Source of the DNA: Gemmatimonadota bacterium
GTDB taxonomy: Bacteria; Gemmatimonadota; Gemmatimonadetes; Gemmatimonadales; GWC2-71-9
NCBI GenBank assembly: GCA_036679605.1
Contig: JAZDCZ010000038.1
Span: 1-52,330 of the forward strand
Direction of reading: 5' to 3'
Length of the DNA: 52,330 bases
Shown: positions 49,194-52,330 of the stretch, piece after piece
Numbering within the stretch: the first letter of the stretch is position 1
Layout of the letters: each line of letters begins with the position of its first letter
Notes under the pieces: generated by a model
What the model was told of the DNA's origin: nothing
What the model saw: only the letters and a program-made list of their open reading frames with translations
Databases searched by the model: none
Program-made: the position numbers and the translations under genes

Positions 49194-50802
49194 TCAGTTG
49201 AGACACGGCGGGGCCTGAGAGTTGACGGTAGCAGACAACTGATCGAACCCGTCGGCACCACCGGTATCCGACACATTGAGCCTCAAGGTGTAACGCGACA
49301 GATCTCCCGTCCAGACGGTCACGTAACTGTCGCTCCCTATCTGAACGCCGTTCCTGCGCCACACATATGAGTAGATTCCCGTACCGCCCGATACCGCCGA
49401 GTCATAGAAGCAGGATTCATCCGGCGGAACCATCGTGGGACCAAAGATCGTAACATTCAGGGAAGGGGGCGGCGGTGGCGGAGGTGGTGGCGCACACGAT
49501 ATGCTCGTACAAACGCCATGACCGACACCGAATGGTTCGCGCATTTCGCGCACCCATTCATTGGCCATGCTGAATACGCCGCCGCTTCCCCAGTGTATCC
49601 CTGTGTTTACGAGCGTGCCATCGGGGAAGACCCACACGATCGGTGAGCCGCTGTCACCCCCGCCAGAGTTGTAGTTTCCTCGAACCTGGCAAAGCATCGT
49701 TCGCCCGGTGTCGAAGCCCCCGGAAAATTGGGCCAAGTCAACGCACGTTTCGCTAACTACGCCCGTGGTGTGTCCGGTCGTCCGACCGACCTTGTGAACT
49801 GTCAACCCCACGATGGGATCCCCGCCCCCCGTGATGGTATTGGTGCTGGAGTAGTTGATACTACCGACATTGGGCCATGCTACGATGCCATGATTGAACG
49901 AGGTACCATTGTAGAGGAAGAGGGCTGCATCAGAGTACCGGCACTGCCGGCCAACCGGGCAACGCGGGTCGGATGAGTTGGTAAAGAGTGGCGGATCGAC
50001 ACTCTCAGTTCCAATGATGTCGGACGACACTTGTTGACCCATCGACATATTGAACACCTGTCCGAAGCTCGTAGTGCAGTGCGCGTTCGTTACGAAATGC
50101 TCCTCTTGGAATTCCCCGTTGAACCAGTGGGCAACGTTGTAACCAAACGTGCATGTCCCCACAGTAGAGTTGATTTCCACTCCCGCGACCAGCGGCCTAG
50201 TGCGATCTCTCAGGGACAGCTCTATCTCGACGGGGTCGACTTGCTCCACAACGATGACGTCAGTGGGAACATTCAGCCGCGAAACAGCCGCGCTAACCGA
50301 GCTGATCCGACTGGCATCCGCCACGCCGACCATGATGCGATTATGTAGCTCGTCGATGTCGGTCATCGTTACCCCATCATCCGCCCCGACCGCGGTTACA
50401 ACTTGCTGGTACCACGTATGCAGCTGACGGAAGTCGTACTGAGCTTCCTTGTGCACCTGCGGCGTCCGCTTGTCTCGTGCCCTCGGCTATGAGGGCAGTA
50501 TTTCCCTGAGCGTCTCTTATGAGAAACTCCGTGATTCTTGGCCTGAATGCCTCAAGGCGGCTTAGGTCCGTGAGGCGGAGAATCAGGCGTCCGGTCGAAT
50601 CGAAGAAGAGCCCCCCGAACCCCGGAAGCTCATCAGCGAGACTAGCGAGTTGGTCATCGAAGTTTCTGTGGCGCGCAACGCCAACCTGTATGTTGGTCTG
50701 GTCCAGTTTCAGGTCGGGAGGAGCTGTTGGGGCGTCCGGCTGACAGCTCGCTACGATTGCGATGAACGCGATGGGCCATGGTTTGTGAGATAATCGCAAC
50801 AT
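49194..50802 (-). pseudogene. Lipoprotein S1 (alpha-lytic-like) serine protease with pro-region, poly-Pro linker and C-terminal Ig/PKD-like domain; frameshifted near 50455-50470
   Basis: Lipobox VASC in ORF 50377-50802. Catalytic triad TNAHC, SDAAL, GDSGSP in ORF 49194-50456. The two frames are offset by one base. Confidence 0.75.
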
Positions 50803-50890
50803 ATCACGCGTCCTCCTTTTATGAACTAGCTTGTCGTCCCTGCGGAACGGTTCTTTATCGGTATCCCGTGAACCGCAAGGACTCTCGCGG

Positions 50891-51382
50891 CTACTGGACG
50901 ACGATTGTGCGTTCTACTTCGAGCAATTCGTCTCCGGGCACTCGGCGACCGCGGACTTGCAACGTCGCGACGCCACGCTTCGTAAACTTGATGGTCACCA
51001 CGTGGCTAAGTCGGCGCAGGATGTCCGTGCACGCCGCATCCGGAGGTGGCGCAGTGAAGCGGTCGAACGGCTCTACCACGGCCGACAAGTCCTCCACTGT
51101 AACTCGCGTCTCGCCCTTGCTGACACAACCGCCCCCGTAGGTGGTCACATCAATTGTTGCCGGTGCGCCAAGCACGACGCTATCCGGCGCCGTGATCCGC
51201 ACCGGGTTACCTTCGAACTCAATGATGCCCCGCAGCATTTCGGCCTGCGGTTCAGCTATTTGGCCACGGCCGTCGCAGGCGGTTGTCGTCAGAACGACCG
51301 TGAGCAAGACTTTCGCCGCTTGTCGGCGAGGTGCGATCAGGGCTAGTACACCGGTTGAGTAGCTCGATGATGTAATTGTCAT
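50891..51382 (-). CDS. Hypothetical lipoprotein
   Basis: Hydrophobic VLLTVVLTTTAC lipobox-like segment and a Cys pair (GGCV...ACTD). Confidence 0.6.
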   Translation of the reverse strand: MTITSSSYSTGVLALIAPRRQAAKVLLTVVLTTTACDGRGQIAEPQAEMLRGIIEFEGNPVRITAPDSVVLGAPATIDVTTYGGGCVSKGETRVTVEDLSAVVEPFDRFTAPPPDAACTDILRRLSHVVTIKFTKRGVATLQVRGRRVPGDELLEVERTIVVQ

Positions 51383-51980
51383 GTGGCGATACCCCCACTC
51401 CGGGTTGAGGCTATTCCATATTCTGCTGGCGGATCGTCACCCGGCACAAGACCCAAAACGCGACACCCATGTCCAAGACGAGCCATCGGACTTGGAGTTT
51501 ACCTTGAGATCACGGCTTAGCGATTCCCTCACCCACTAAGTGCTCGTTCGGCTCAAATGGCTACACCCGAATTCGCGTGGGTACGGCGAATGCCAACTAT
51601 CCCACATGTTGCATGAATGCTCGGTGAGATTTGCATTAAGGTCCCGTCAGCCGTGCGACAAGAATATTGCAGTTCTGCAATGAATTGACCGCAGCGGTCA
51701 GAACGTTACACTTTTGCAATATTCTGACCGCCTGCCTCTCGTATTTCGAGTCCGGCCGAAGGTCTGTGCTTGGCTTCCAACGCGCTACTTGACGTAACAC
51801 GCTGTCGGGCCGTAAATCTCAAGGCGACTCGTGAGTCGCCATTGACATTTCTGGGAACCAATCAAGCGGACGCCGTCCTGTTTGCGCTATCAACAGGTGC
51901 GAGGTATTCGGCATGTTGACACAGAGCGACTCTGAGTGCACGCCGCACGCCTCGATCGGCATACTAGTGGACTGTAACAA

Positions 51981-52009
51981 TTGATTCGGTAGTGGTTGTC
52001 GTGTATATT
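51981..52009 (+). promoter_or_regulatory. Sigma70-like leaderless promoter of the transposase
   Basis: TTGATT-N17-TATATT, ending 5 nt before ATG 52015. Confidence 0.55.
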
Positions 52010-52014
52010 GTGCT

Positions 52015-52330
52015 ATGCCAACTCATCGTATTCGGTTGTCGCCGTCGGAGCGGCACACGTTGACCGCGCGAGTACGCTCGCGCAAGGCGCGGGCGGAAGA
52101 TGTCCGTCGTGCGCGATTGATTTTGATGCTTGCGGCAGGTGATTCCTACGCCACGATCAGTCACGCTCTGGGAGTGTATGCGCCGTATGTGCGGCGATGG
52201 AAGGTCCGGTTTCTGTCTGCGAGGGTGGCCGGGTTGGAGTCGTGCTATCGCGGGCGTGTGGCGACGGTCGTGACGCCAAAGCTGGAGGCGCGCATCCTCG
52301 CGCGTACGCGACGGCGGCCGCCCGATGGAT
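52015..52330 (+). CDS. IS630 transposase, N-terminal HTH part
   Basis: Hand translation: MPTHRIRLSPSERHTLTARVRSRKARAEDVRRARLILMLAAGDSYATISHALG...YVRRWKVRF...GL...YRGR...TPKLEARILARTRRRPPDG. Confidence 0.8.
   Translation, partial: MPTHRIRLSPSERHTLTARVRSRKARAEDVRRARLILMLAAGDSYATISHALGVYAPYVRRWKVRFLSARVAGLESCYRGRVATVVTPKLEARILARTRRRPPDG

Larger units (their letters stand above)
51965..52330 (+). mobile_element. IS630-family insertion sequence, left end (truncated by window)
   Basis: Begins at a CTAG/TA site (TAGTGGACTGTAACAA) followed by a transposase N-terminus; the right end is not visible. Confidence 0.75.

Noticed and set aside
48979..49362. N-terminal 128 aa of ORF 47902-49362
   Set aside because: Overlaps the protease gene; a lipoprotein signal begins at ATG 48978.

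Overview
Bacterial chromosomal window; the gene set resembles Gemmatimonadota (inferred, not checked by search). Bases 1-13377 hold a gap-free, minus-strand tandem array of at least six ~2.67 kb paralogous genes (K1-K6 in transcription order; K6 runs off the window edge). Each encodes a Hanks-type Ser/Thr kinase, one transmembrane helix and a TolB/PD40-like beta-propeller ectodomain. The kinases are almost identical as proteins but diverged at synonymous sites. The ectodomain frameworks are nearly DNA-identical yet vary in short loops in a patchwork pattern, which suggests a recombination-diversified receptor-kinase repertoire. This array is the best candidate for an undescribed system. Three small frame-breaking lesions in it may be assembly artefacts. 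The middle is mostly housekeeping: tRNA-Leu, tig-clpP-clpX-engB, trpE, maf-dtd-glmS-glmM, a metB/metC-family enzyme, purD, mutM and menaquinone ubiE/ubiD/ubiA/ubiX-family genes. It also has signalling genes: a histidine kinase, a PilB-REC fusion, an FHA-GAF-cyclase and a REC-HD-GYP protein. An ECF sigma operon is accompanied by three SigW-like TGAAAC-N16/17-CGTA promoters. The right end has accessory lipoproteins, a frameshifted S1 protease and the left end of an IS630 element.
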